A DNA stretch of 64,000 bases from Actinomycetota bacterium (GTDB lineage: Bacteria > Actinomycetota > Coriobacteriia > Anaerosomatales > UBA912): assembly GCA_018334075.1 (NCBI GenBank), contig JAGXSC010000008.1:3342-67341 (forward strand). Reading direction: 5' to 3'. Shown piece after piece: positions 27,385 to 36,317 of the stretch. Every line of letters starts with the position of its first letter. Position 1 is the stretch's first letter. The translations under genes were made by a program, and so were the position numbers. The notes below the pieces were generated by a model that searched no databases, had not been told where the DNA came from, and worked only from the letters and a program-made list of their open reading frames with translations.

Positions 27385-28886
27385 CACAGGAAGGTAGCTC
27401 CGCGAAGTTCTTCGCCGAAAAGGGCGATCCCGGGCGAATGATGAACCGGGCCGTGGTCATCATACTTGGACTTCTGTTTGCTGTTGCCTTGTTGGATGCA
27501 TATGCCGTCACAGCGGAAGAGGCCGGCTGGTTACATCTGCTTGTTCAGCGCCTGTACTATGTGCCGGTTCTTTATGGGGCGTTTGTCTTTGGCAAGAGGG
27601 GAGGAGTGGCTGCTGCTTTTGCTGCAGCGTTGCCTTATACCGTATTTGCCTACTATTCCCCGTTGAACTATGCGGGCCTCAAGTGGGATAACGCTCTCGA
27701 GGTCATTATGTACTTTGTTGTCGGCGTACTTTTTGGTGCACTACGCGATGCTGAAGAGGGGAAGACCCGAGAGCTTCGCAGTATGAGCGAGCGCCTCGAG
27801 GATGCATACAAGAAGCTGGAAGAACGGGCGATACAATTAATTAATGTGCAAGACTACACGCAGTCCATCTTACGCTCGATCACTTCCGGAGTGCTTACTG
27901 TTGGGCCAGATGGATCTGTCACTACGATAAATCCCGCCGCGGAGCGCATGCTTGGAGTCACGGAGCATGATGTCGTGCCACGACCGATAGGCGCAGTGTT
28001 CGCCGATGATGGCGGGCTGGCCGAGGACGTAAGTAAGGTTCTCGCCGGCAGGCTGCCACTCATACTCCACGAGCTGGAGCTGGTGGCACTCGACGGCAAC
28101 CGGATATTCGTGCAAGCAATGACTTCGAGGATGCGCGCTGTGGGTGGCAGGATCCTGGGTGCGGTGGTAACGCTGGAGGATGTTTCCGAGATCAACGCAC
28201 TGACCGAACAACTAATCAGGGCCGACAGACTGGCGGCGATGGGTCAGCTGACCGCAGGCGTAGCGCACGAGGTGCGCAATCCGCTAGGGGTAATCAGGGC
28301 CTCTGTTCAACTACTAGAGGACGGTGTCAGCGACCGCGATCGCATAGAGCAGGTGGCTGGAGTCATCAAGCACGAGATTGATCGACTGGACCGAGTTATC
28401 AAGGCTCTTCTCGACTTCGGCCGACCCAACAGGCCGACTTTTGCAAAAGTCGATATCGAGGAGGTCTTGCACGATGTCCTCTTCTTCACGACGAGGTTTG
28501 CCAAGCAGTCTGGAGTTACAATCAGCGAAGAGTTCGAAGGTAACCTACCTTCGGTTCTGGCCGATTCGGATCAACTGAAACAAGTCTTCCTGAACTTGGT
28601 GACGAACTCGGTGCAGGCCATGGAGGATACCGGCGGCACGATTGCGGTTACGACCAGGCTGGGCGGAGAGTTTGTCCACATCATGATTTCGGATTCCGGT
28701 CCCGGAATCGAGGAGCCAAATTTGGGTCGGGTTTTCGATCCGTTTTTCTCGACACGCCCCGAGGGAACAGGTCTGGGACTTACCATTGTTCACAGGATCA
28801 TAGATCAGCACAACGGCCACATAGAGGTTTCCAGCGGCAAAGGGGTTACCACTTTTCGTATACGCCTTCCGATAGCTGTGGATTAG
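27381..28886 (+). CDS. Membrane-bound PAS sensor histidine kinase (NtrB/AtoS-like)
   Basis: N-terminal TM block, a PAS region, the H-box AAMGQLTAGVAHEVRNPL, and N/G boxes (LVTNSVQAM, DSGPGI, GTGLGL). ATG 27381 overlaps the rpoN stop (ATGA). Confidence 0.9.
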   Translation: MTQEGSSAKFFAEKGDPGRMMNRAVVIILGLLFAVALLDAYAVTAEEAGWLHLLVQRLYYVPVLYGAFVFGKRGGVAAAFAAALPYTVFAYYSPLNYAGLKWDNALEVIMYFVVGVLFGALRDAEEGKTRELRSMSERLEDAYKKLEERAIQLINVQDYTQSILRSITSGVLTVGPDGSVTTINPAAERMLGVTEHDVVPRPIGAVFADDGGLAEDVSKVLAGRLPLILHELELVALDGNRIFVQAMTSRMRAVGGRILGAVVTLEDVSEINALTEQLIRADRLAAMGQLTAGVAHEVRNPLGVIRASVQLLEDGVSDRDRIEQVAGVIKHEIDRLDRVIKALLDFGRPNRPTFAKVDIEEVLHDVLFFTTRFAKQSGVTISEEFEGNLPSVLADSDQLKQVFLNLVTNSVQAMEDTGGTIAVTTRLGGEFVHIMISDSGPGIEEPNLGRVFDPFFSTRPEGTGLGLTIVHRIIDQHNGHIEVSSGKGVTTFRIRLPIAVD

Positions 28887-28901
28887 GGATGTGGAGGACA
28901 G

Positions 28902-30254
28902 ATGAAACGTAGCGTGCTTATCGCTGATGACGAAAAAAACATGCGCTGGGTGCTGAGCCAGGCCCTTCAGGCAGAAGGTTTTGAGGTCATTGAGGCCACT
29001 GACGGGAAGGAGGCGCTATCGGTGGTGGCCGAGCGCTTACCCGATGTCATGATCCTGGATTACAAGATGCCCGTTCCTGACGGCATGGAGGTTTTGAGCA
29101 GGCTAAGAGCGAAAAATCATACATTTCCGATCATCATGCTTACCGCACACGGCAACGTGACTCAGGCGGCCGAGGCTATAAAAAAGGGGGCAACCGAGTA
29201 TCTGACCAAGCCATTTGACTTGGAAGAACTGAAGTTGGCGATTGAGAAGGCACTGAAGATGAGCGAGCTGACCGCCGAGGTCGAGCGCTTACGTGAGGAG
29301 CTCTATCGCGAATACAACGTCCATGGAATTGTGGCTGCAGATCCAAAGATGATGGACGTTCTTGACCAGGTTAAAAGGGTGGCGCCAACCGATGCCACGG
29401 TGATGGTTTATGGCGAGTCAGGGACAGGGAAAGAGCTGGTTGCCAGAGCGCTTCATGCGATGTCCGAGCGCATACACGGCCCCTTCATCTCTGTAAGCGC
29501 TGGAGCCTTGCCGGAAACATTGCTCGAAAGCGAGCTGTTCGGGTATGAGAAAGGCGCGTTTACGGGAGCCGTGACCGCCAAGCCAGGGCGATTTGAGCTC
29601 GCAAACGGCGGCACTTTGTTTCTCGACGAGATAGGCGATATCTCGCCTGGCGTTCAGGTCAGACTGCTGCGCGTTCTTCAGGAGCGTCAATTCGAGCGTC
29701 TGGGTGGAACCCGCACCATAGAGGTGGATGTGCGTGTAATCGCCGCTACAAATCGCGATCTGCAGCAGCTTATCGCCGAGGGCGTGTTCCGGGAGGATCT
29801 GTTCTACAGGCTCTCGGTAGTTCCGGTCACGCTTCCCGCACTGCGACACCGCTCAGGAGATATTCCGCTCCTTATTGCACATTTTCTCGCAAAGTTCAAA
29901 GCTGGTGACAGAAGGATTTCACCAGAGGCGATGCAGGCTATGGTCGATTATCAATGGCCTGGAAACATTCGTGAGCTGGAAAATACCATCGAGCGAATCC
30001 TGATACTCTCACGCGAAGAAGATATCGCACTCTCTGACTTGCCTGCCGAGGTACGCGCAGGCGCAGTTTCCGCTACCTATGCGCGATCGCAGATCGCGCT
30101 ACCTGAAAGAGGATGCGACCTGGAAGAGGTTGAGCTTGATCTGATTCGGCAGGCTATCGACAGGTCGGGAGGCAATCTTCCTAAGGCCGCAAAGTTGCTT
30201 GGCTTGACAAAGAAGACGCTGGAGGCGCGGATGACTCGACTTGGTATCGAGTAG
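28902..30254 (+). CDS. Sigma-54-dependent response regulator (NtrC-type bacterial enhancer-binding protein)
   Basis: REC domain ([10 protein letters not shown]), AAA+ Walker A GESGTGKE, the sigma-54 contact loop GAFTGA, and a C-terminal Fis-type HTH ([17 protein letters not shown]). Confidence 0.95.
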   Translation: MKRSVLIADDEKNMRWVLSQALQAEGFEVIEATDGKEALSVVAERLPDVMILDYKMPVPDGMEVLSRLRAKNHTFPIIMLTAHGNVTQAAEAIKKGATEYLTKPFDLEELKLAIEKALKMSELTAEVERLREELYREYNVHGIVAADPKMMDVLDQVKRVAPTDATVMVYGESGTGKELVARALHAMSERIHGPFISVSAGALPETLLESELFGYEKGAFTGAVTAKPGRFELANGGTLFLDEIGDISPGVQVRLLRVLQERQFERLGGTRTIEVDVRVIAATNRDLQQLIAEGVFREDLFYRLSVVPVTLPALRHRSGDIPLLIAHFLAKFKAGDRRISPEAMQAMVDYQWPGNIRELENTIERILILSREEDIALSDLPAEVRAGAVSATYARSQIALPERGCDLEEVELDLIRQAIDRSGGNLPKAAKLLGLTKKTLEARMTRLGIE

Positions 30255-30274
30255 ACGTCTTCCCGAATCCCCAT

Positions 30275-30290
30275 TGGCACAGCGTTTGCA
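30275..30290 (+). promoter_or_regulatory. Sigma-54 (-24/-12) promoter TGGCAC-agcgt-TTGCA
   Basis: Exact match to the TGGCAC-N5-TTGCW consensus, 20 nt after the bEBP stop codon, oriented toward the downstream HMA/ccdA genes. Confidence 0.8.
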
Positions 30291-30342
30291 ATTTTGTCCA
30301 TGGATAGCTTGTTGGTTTCGCGCGGGTAAGGGTGGTGCATTC

Positions 30343-30576
30343 GTGTTCACTGCGTTTATGGCAGCACTCAGAAATAGAGGGCGCTCTGGCGGCAATGGCA
30401 GCCGACAGGTAAAGTGCTTGTCGTGTGATCATGACATCTTGGTCGGGTGGAGGCTGTGCCCCTACTGCGGCGCGCTGCTGGAGAGCGATATTCGACCCGC
30501 GATGTTTGCAAAGTCAGATACGAGCGATACAACCAAGGGAGTAGGCGATGGGGAACATCGAGAGCCTTCGCTTTAG
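30343..30576 (+). CDS. Possible small Zn-ribbon protein
   Basis: First ORF downstream of the sigma-54 promoter. It has a CLSC...CPYCG motif and a GTG 30343 start after AAGGGTGGTG (alternative ATG 30358). It overlaps the HMA gene by 29 nt, and its coding status is uncertain. Confidence 0.35.
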   Translation: MFTAFMAALRNRGRSGGNGSRQVKCLSCDHDILVGWRLCPYCGALLESDIRPAMFAKSDTSDTTKGVGDGEHREPSL

Positions 30577-30772
30577 GACACAAGGCATGCACTGTCCGTC
30601 TTGTTCGCTGCTGGTTGACATGATGGTCGGAGAGTTGGACGGCGTGCAAAGTGTCAGCTCCGATCACGTAACGGGCGAAATTTCCATAGAGGTCGACACC
30701 GATCGAAGTAACAGGGATGCCGTTGTCTCTGCTATCAGAAAAGCCGGTTATGAGCCGGAGCTGATTGCGTGA
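30548..30772 (+). CDS. Heavy-metal-associated (HMA) domain protein, CopZ-like
   Basis: GMHCPSC metal-binding motif in a 74-aa ferredoxin-like-fold-sized protein. AAGGGAG SD. Confidence 0.8.
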   Translation: MGNIESLRFRTQGMHCPSCSLLVDMMVGELDGVQSVSSDHVTGEISIEVDTDRSNRDAVVSAIRKAGYEPELIA

Positions 30773-31494
30773 GCGCAGTGGTAGGGGTAGCCGGGGCGTT
30801 CTTCGCCGGCGTACTCTCTTTTCTTTCCCCATGCGTGCTCCCGCTGGTCCCCGGGTACCTTTCCTTTATCACCGGCTACTCTTACGATCAACTGCAGAGC
30901 AGCAGCAGTAGATGGAGCAAAGTTCTTGCGCCCAGCCTGCTTTTCGTCGCGGGATTTACCATTGTTTTTGTCAGCCTTGGGGCTACAGCCTCCACGTTGG
31001 GCTCGATGCTCCTTGCGTATCGCGAGGTACTGCAGGTGATTGCAGGCGGCATGATTTTCTTGCTTGGACTATTCTTATCCGGGATTTTCAAGCTTCCATC
31101 GCTTTACGGTGAGGCGCGCTTCGACCTTGGAAAAACCAGGGTGCTTGGCCCTTTATCGGCCATGATCACCGGGATGGCATTCGCCTTTGGCTGGACTCCA
31201 TGTGTGGGGCCGGTTCTCGGCTCCATTCTTGCACTGGCGGGCTTCGGGGGAAGTCTGACGCAAGGGGCTACGCTATTGTTTGCGTACTCTCTTGGCCTTG
31301 GGTTGCCCTTCATTCTGGTCGCCTTGTTGTTCGGGCGCGTTAGCGGGTCCTTGAGGCTCTTCGCGAAATACGCAGCCCCGATAAACAAGGTTTCAGGTCT
31401 TCTACTCATGGCCGTAGGGGCTCTCATCGCGTTTGATCAGCTGTCCGCCCTTAGTGCCTGGTTTACATCTGTGTTGCGCCTTCCCTCGCTGTGA
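30769..31494 (+). CDS. ccdA: Cytochrome c biogenesis / thiol-disulfide transfer protein CcdA (DsbD-family core)
   Basis: Conserved Cys motifs LSPCVLPLVPGY and GWTPCVGPVLG in a 6-TM protein. GTG start overlaps the HMA stop (GTGA). Confidence 0.85.
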   Translation: MSAVVGVAGAFFAGVLSFLSPCVLPLVPGYLSFITGYSYDQLQSSSSRWSKVLAPSLLFVAGFTIVFVSLGATASTLGSMLLAYREVLQVIAGGMIFLLGLFLSGIFKLPSLYGEARFDLGKTRVLGPLSAMITGMAFAFGWTPCVGPVLGSILALAGFGGSLTQGATLLFAYSLGLGLPFILVALLFGRVSGSLRLFAKYAAPINKVSGLLLMAVGALIAFDQLSALSAWFTSVLRLPSL

Positions 31495-31594
31495 GGGTAA
31501 GACGATCTCGCTTTCTGTGTTAGCGGGAGGTATAAGACCAAAACTCGTGTACGATAAACTTATTTCGCGATAGCTTCGATCGGGGGCTTGTACG

Positions 31595-34500
31595 GTGGCT
31601 CGCAGCACCAAACGCGGAGAGTCGTTAGCGTTTAACCTGGCATTGATTATGTTTATGGTCGTCACGATCTCACTGACCATCGTGATGGTAGTGTCTATCG
31701 CTGGTGTAGTAGACCTTGCCGTTAGGCATGCAAGTGCTCGTCAGATGGCTTATCAGCAAGCGCTGGTAACGGAGATGACTGCCAGACTGACTGGCACATT
31801 GGGGGTCATGTCGAGGGCGACTGCGGTTCTTGAGCGCCCGGAAGGAACGGAGCCCAATCGAGTCGCACTGGCGATGCAGCTCGATGCGGGCGCCGAATTC
31901 GTGGATTCGATGATAGTGGCATTGCCGGATGGCCTGGTTGTTGCCGCGTATCCGACGTTTCAGGCCCCTCGCGACGTTTTTGGTACTCCAAAGTTCGAGG
32001 CCGCTCACTCTGACGAGCCAGAGTTTGTTTATGTACCGGAGGCAGGGGAGCTTTGGGTTTCTCGGCGCATCGAGACTCCTAATGGAGACAATATCTTGAT
32101 GCTCAGGGTACGGACCGCGTTTCTTGAGCTTCTGGTCGAAGACTTTTCTTCAGTGGCGGAAAGACGTGTCGCCATGATAACTGACGCAAAGGGAACTGCG
32201 GATATTGTCAGCCCGAGACGCCCAAAGATCGAGTTTCAATCCTGGAGATTCGAGCCCGAGGGCGATCTTGACGCTGGCTACGTACATGCGCGCTCGTTCG
32301 ATGAAACCGACTTTGTCGGACGTTACTCCACTCTAACCGGGTATCAGGGTATCGTTTGGAGGATTTCGGTCGTTGAGCCCCGAATGGCGATATTTGAGGA
32401 AACTGGCCGCGCTCTGGCGCCAGCCGCTCTGGCCCTGGCTTTTGGCGGACTTCTTTCGATAATCGTGTCATTTGTGTTTGTTCGTCGCCAGGTCAGGCCG
32501 ATAAAAGATCTCGAATCACGAGCCCGGGCAGCGATAACCGGCGCACATGTCCAGCCGATCGAGTCCGATCGCGCTGATGAGCTTGGGAGGATGGCCGATG
32601 CCTTCGACGCCATTGCGCTACGCCTGAATCTACTCAACCACCTGTGTCAACTGCTCGCGTCATCTTCAAATCTCAACCAGGTTCTGGATGGAATACTAGT
32701 TGCGCTCAGGCAGTTATTGGGCAGTGAATCGGTCGCGGTTCTGATCCTTGACAAGAGTGAAAGCAAGGTCGTAGGCGTACGAAGTGCGGGTCTGAGCATC
32801 TCTGATGATACCGTTGTAGACATATCCAGGGTGAAGTGGCTGTCCGCGGCAGTTCAGGCTGAAGGGCCAATTTCAATCACTGGCACGGATTATTCCAATG
32901 AAGACGCGCCTTTTGCTGCTTCCTCCATAGAGAACCTGTTGTTCTCAACGGGTATGGTTGTTCCCTTGAGGGTAGGAGAGAGCCTTTTGGGTGTGGTTGC
33001 AATCTTTGAGTCGGGCAAGCGAGAGTTCACGGCCGCTGAAGTCGAGATACTCAGAACCTTCTCGGCGCAGGCATCTATCGCTGTTTTCAACTCGAGGTTG
33101 TTTGAGACAGAAAGTGTGATGCGGCAGGAGGCGGAGGCTCTTCGGGAGATAGCAGGTATACTTGCGCTTCCTCAGGCGCTCGGCGATTCAATCAATGCGT
33201 TCGACGATGCAATTGGGAGGCTGTTTGGTGCGGATGGCGTCCTGACAGTCCTGATCGGTTCTGAAAAACTGGGCTTTACGCAGGGCGCCAAGTCCGAAGT
33301 CGGGGATTTGTTGCTCAAGGTCTGGGCGACCCACCAAGGCACACCAGAGGGAGTCAGCCTGATAACGATCGAGCGTGGCCAGGATGTTGATATCGATCGA
33401 TTGCTGGAGTTACTCGACAGCGAGCAGGCATGGTTGCTGAGTGCGATGCGGCCCGACATGGCTGGAGTGATTGTTGCGCTGAAATTTGGCGCGGATGCCC
33501 CGCCCCCTTCCTTAGATGAGCGTATCCACTCCCGGGCTCAGGCGGTGTCAAGTCAGTTGAGCCTGGTTCTGGAGAATACGTACAACCTTGCTGCCGCAAA
33601 ATCCCACGCCTCAAACCTCGAGACCATATTTCGAATCTCCCAGGCCGTTAGCTCTTCTCTGCAGATCAATGTGGTTCTCAATCGCGTTCTTGATGTCGTC
33701 CAGAAGATATTCACTGCTGACGCCATGACGCTAATGAAGTACGACGAGGCGAAGCAAAAGATATCTACCGTCATGGCAAGAGGGAAAATATCAAATAAGC
33801 TGCTTCACTTTGAGTGCGCTCCCGGCGAAGGGATTTTTGGTGAGATATTCAACGCTGGCGAGCCGCTGAGAGTCGGATATTTGTCCGATTATGACAATAG
33901 CGCAGGACTCGAAGATATGGCAGAAGGACTCAACTCGCTCCTTTCCGTTCCGCTGATTACCAGGGGCAGAAGTATCGGTCTTCTTGCAATCTTTTCGGTC
34001 AACTCCGATGCTTTCAGCGATGAAGACATGGACTTGCTCCATACATTTGCCTCGCAGGCAGCCTTAGCGATCGATACTGCAAGTCTCTACAGCAGGGAGC
34101 ACCACGTCGCCTCGGTGCTTCAATCTGGTATTTTGCCCCAAAGCCTGCCGGATTATCCGGAAATAGTGTCAGCCAGCATCTATCTTCCATCAGGAAAGGA
34201 CGCCGAGATCGGCGGTGACTACTATGACCTGTTCAGGGATCCACAGGGCAGGATTGCCTTTGTAATCGGGGATGTTTGCGGCAAGGGAATCGAGGCTGCC
34301 ACCAAGACATCGATGATCAAGTACTCCGTCAGGGCACTCATAGCTGCCGGGCTTCGCCCTCATGAGGTGCTAAGGGAGACCAATCGTTTGATCTCCGAGA
34401 CGGGCACCGCCAGCGATATCGTTACCTTGTGGGTGGGAGTGCTTGAGCCGGATACTGGGCTGCTCCACTATGCGAATGGGGGGCATCCCCCTGCATTACT

Positions 34501-34861
34501 GTGGAGACCAGGTTCGCGAAAGAGCGAGCGCTTATGCACAACTGGCCCTCTACTGGGTGCGTTTGCCGATGTTGATTACGAAGAGATGCACTCTCAGCTT
34601 CTCGCCGGAGATATGATTTTGCTCTATACGGATGGCGTGACTGAGGCGCGAAGTGGGAATAAATTCTTTGGAGAAGGTCGTATACGAAGGGCTCTTTCCA
34701 AAGGATTGACACCGGTAGATGTTGCCGATGAACTTTTGTCTGCACTGGACGACTTTGTTCCCGGCGACCTTCGCGACGATGCTGCTGTTCTTGTGATTCA
34801 GCTTGCAGATCGGATAGTTGACCAAATGGGCACTACAGATGGAAACGCAAAGGGCGTGTAG
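31595..34861 (+). CDS. Membrane sensor protein: extracytoplasmic domain-HAMP-GAF x3 (middle one degenerate)-PP2C (SpoIIE/RsbU-type) serine phosphatase
   Basis: Two TM helices flank a ~240-aa loop. HAMP (RPIKDLE...ELGRMADAFDAIA). GAF-like blocks end in ...VPLRVGESLLGVVAIF and ...VPLITRGRSIGLLAIFS. PP2C motifs are GGDYYD, GDVCGKG, LYTDGVTEA and DDAAVLV. Confidence 0.85.
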   Translation: MARSTKRGESLAFNLALIMFMVVTISLTIVMVVSIAGVVDLAVRHASARQMAYQQALVTEMTARLTGTLGVMSRATAVLERPEGTEPNRVALAMQLDAGAEFVDSMIVALPDGLVVAAYPTFQAPRDVFGTPKFEAAHSDEPEFVYVPEAGELWVSRRIETPNGDNILMLRVRTAFLELLVEDFSSVAERRVAMITDAKGTADIVSPRRPKIEFQSWRFEPEGDLDAGYVHARSFDETDFVGRYSTLTGYQGIVWRISVVEPRMAIFEETGRALAPAALALAFGGLLSIIVSFVFVRRQVRPIKDLESRARAAITGAHVQPIESDRADELGRMADAFDAIALRLNLLNHLCQLLASSSNLNQVLDGILVALRQLLGSESVAVLILDKSESKVVGVRSAGLSISDDTVVDISRVKWLSAAVQAEGPISITGTDYSNEDAPFAASSIENLLFSTGMVVPLRVGESLLGVVAIFESGKREFTAAEVEILRTFSAQASIAVFNSRLFETESVMRQEAEALREIAGILALPQALGDSINAFDDAIGRLFGADGVLTVLIGSEKLGFTQGAKSEVGDLLLKVWATHQGTPEGVSLITIERGQDVDIDRLLELLDSEQAWLLSAMRPDMAGVIVALKFGADAPPPSLDERIHSRAQAVSSQLSLVLENTYNLAAAKSHASNLETIFRISQAVSSSLQINVVLNRVLDVVQKIFTADAMTLMKYDEAKQKISTVMARGKISNKLLHFECAPGEGIFGEIFNAGEPLRVGYLSDYDNSAGLEDMAEGLNSLLSVPLITRGRSIGLLAIFSVNSDAFSDEDMDLLHTFASQAALAIDTASLYSREHHVASVLQSGILPQSLPDYPEIVSASIYLPSGKDAEIGGDYYDLFRDPQGRIAFVIGDVCGKGIEAATKTSMIKYSVRALIAAGLRPHEVLRETNRLISETGTASDIVTLWVGVLEPDTGLLHYANGGHPPALLWRPGSRKSERLCTTGPLLGAFADVDYEEMHSQLLAGDMILLYTDGVTEARSGNKFFGEGRIRRALSKGLTPVDVADELLSALDDFVPGDLRDDAAVLVIQLADRIVDQMGTTDGNAKGV

Positions 34862-34867
34862 GGAGTC

Positions 34868-35698
34868 ATGGCGCATCGGATAGCCAGGCGTCCTGATATC
34901 GGGGTTGTAACGTGCGCAATCTCTGGAGATATCGACCTAGCTACAGTTCCGGAGTTGCAAAAATCCCTGGGTTCGATCATTGAAGCCGGCTACACCAGCA
35001 TCATTCTTGACCTCGCAGAGGTAGATTATATTGATTCTACAGCTTTTAGCCTTCTGGTTTGGCTGGATCGGCAGCTGGTCGACGCGCAGGGTAGCGTTAT
35101 TCTTGCAGGTGCCAACGAAAAGGTTCAAAGAATTCTCGATATGACCCAGATCGTGACGTACATGTCTGCCCTGAACACAAGCGAAAACGCTGAAACTGCC
35201 CTTATGGCTTTAGATCGAGGTGAAATAGAGTCAGATTTGCTCTGGGAACATCGATTTGAAGTGGAGTCCTCGATCGATAACCTTGCCAATATGCGCCAGC
35301 AGTCGGATGAAATACTGTCCTCACTCGAATTTACCGACGCCGAGAAGTTCGATATCCGAATCTCGTTAGGTGAAGCCTTGGCTAATGCCGTCAGACATGG
35401 ATCGGGCGAGGATGGCGAGATGATCACTGTGGCGATAAGGGCCTTTGAGGACCGGGTTGCGATCGACGTGATCGATTCAGGAACAGGCTTCAGTGGCGAT
35501 CATTGCGCTAGCGATGACCTCTATGCTCCGAGCGGCAGGGGTATAATGTTTATGAATGCATTGATGGATTCGGTCAGCTTCGCCCCAGGCAGTGATGGCG
35601 GTACAGTTGTCACTATGGAAAAGAGGCGAGGTGGCTTTCCGGCCACCGCGGTAGAAAAAACGGATAAGATTTTGGGTAGAAATAGTTACGATGGGTAA
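34868..35698 (+). CDS. Fused STAS (anti-sigma antagonist-like) and RsbW/SpoIIAB-type serine kinase (HATPase) protein
   Basis: N-terminal STAS with LDLAEVDYIDSTAFSLL (Ser at the phospho-site position). C-terminal N-box EALANAVRHG, G1 DSGTGF and G2 GRGIMFM. Confidence 0.8.
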   Translation: MAHRIARRPDIGVVTCAISGDIDLATVPELQKSLGSIIEAGYTSIILDLAEVDYIDSTAFSLLVWLDRQLVDAQGSVILAGANEKVQRILDMTQIVTYMSALNTSENAETALMALDRGEIESDLLWEHRFEVESSIDNLANMRQQSDEILSSLEFTDAEKFDIRISLGEALANAVRHGSGEDGEMITVAIRAFEDRVAIDVIDSGTGFSGDHCASDDLYAPSGRGIMFMNALMDSVSFAPGSDGGTVVTMEKRRGGFPATAVEKTDKILGRNSYDG

Positions 35699-35741
35699 GG
35701 TTGCCATAAACTGTTACAGCTAGCTGTTTGGAGGAGAATTC

Positions 35742-36311
35742 ATGCTACTTCTGGAGGCACTGGAGAGAAGGCACTCGATTCGGGCGTATCGCTCTGATGC
35801 GGTTCCCGGCGAGCTGATCGACAAGATTATATATGCGGCGTCTCTCGCGCCATCTTCATTCAATGAGCAGCCATGGCGCTACTATATCGTCACGGGAGAG
35901 AGCCGGCAGCGGCTCGGCGAGATAATGGTGCAAGGAACTCACTTTCTTGAGGAATATATTCAGATGCTTGGGCATGAGATGAATGAGTATGTACTGCGGT
36001 GGTACAGTGAGTTGGGCCACGCTCCTGCAGTAATCGTTTGTACGCTTCAAAATACCGATGACGAACTCATGAAGGACAATGGGTATCTTGCGATTGGTTC
36101 TTCTATCCAAAACATGCTATTGACCGCAACGGAGTTGGGGCTGGGCTCTTGCTATATGACCTTTTCATATTGGGTCAGAGATGAGCTTGCCAGGATGCTT
36201 GGAGTACCGGAAGACCGAACCATAGTCGGGCTTATCGCGCTGGGTTATCCGGCGGAGGAGCCGTTGGCGCCGGAGCGAAAGATCAACTCTATCGTGGAAT
36301 ACCGAGACTGA
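35742..36311 (+). CDS. Nitroreductase family protein
   Basis: RRHSIRAY, APSSFNEQPWR, and a size of 189 aa. Confidence 0.8.
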   Translation: MLLLEALERRHSIRAYRSDAVPGELIDKIIYAASLAPSSFNEQPWRYYIVTGESRQRLGEIMVQGTHFLEEYIQMLGHEMNEYVLRWYSELGHAPAVIVCTLQNTDDELMKDNGYLAIGSSIQNMLLTATELGLGSCYMTFSYWVRDELARMLGVPEDRTIVGLIALGYPAEEPLAPERKINSIVEYRD

Positions 36312-36317
36312 TCGGCC

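Noticed and set aside
30241-30576. The full 111-aa ORF-track version of the Zn-ribbon ORF starting at 30241
   Set aside because: Its first ~34 codons overlap the end of the bEBP gene and span the sigma-54 promoter itself. Only the part downstream of the predicted transcription start (from GTG 30343 or ATG 30358) could be translated from that promoter.
35716-35727. 12-bp palindrome ACAGCTAGCTGT between the STAS-kinase gene and the nitroreductase gene
   Set aside because: It is too short and loop-less to be a terminator. A single short palindrome in a 43-bp spacer is not enough to call an operator.
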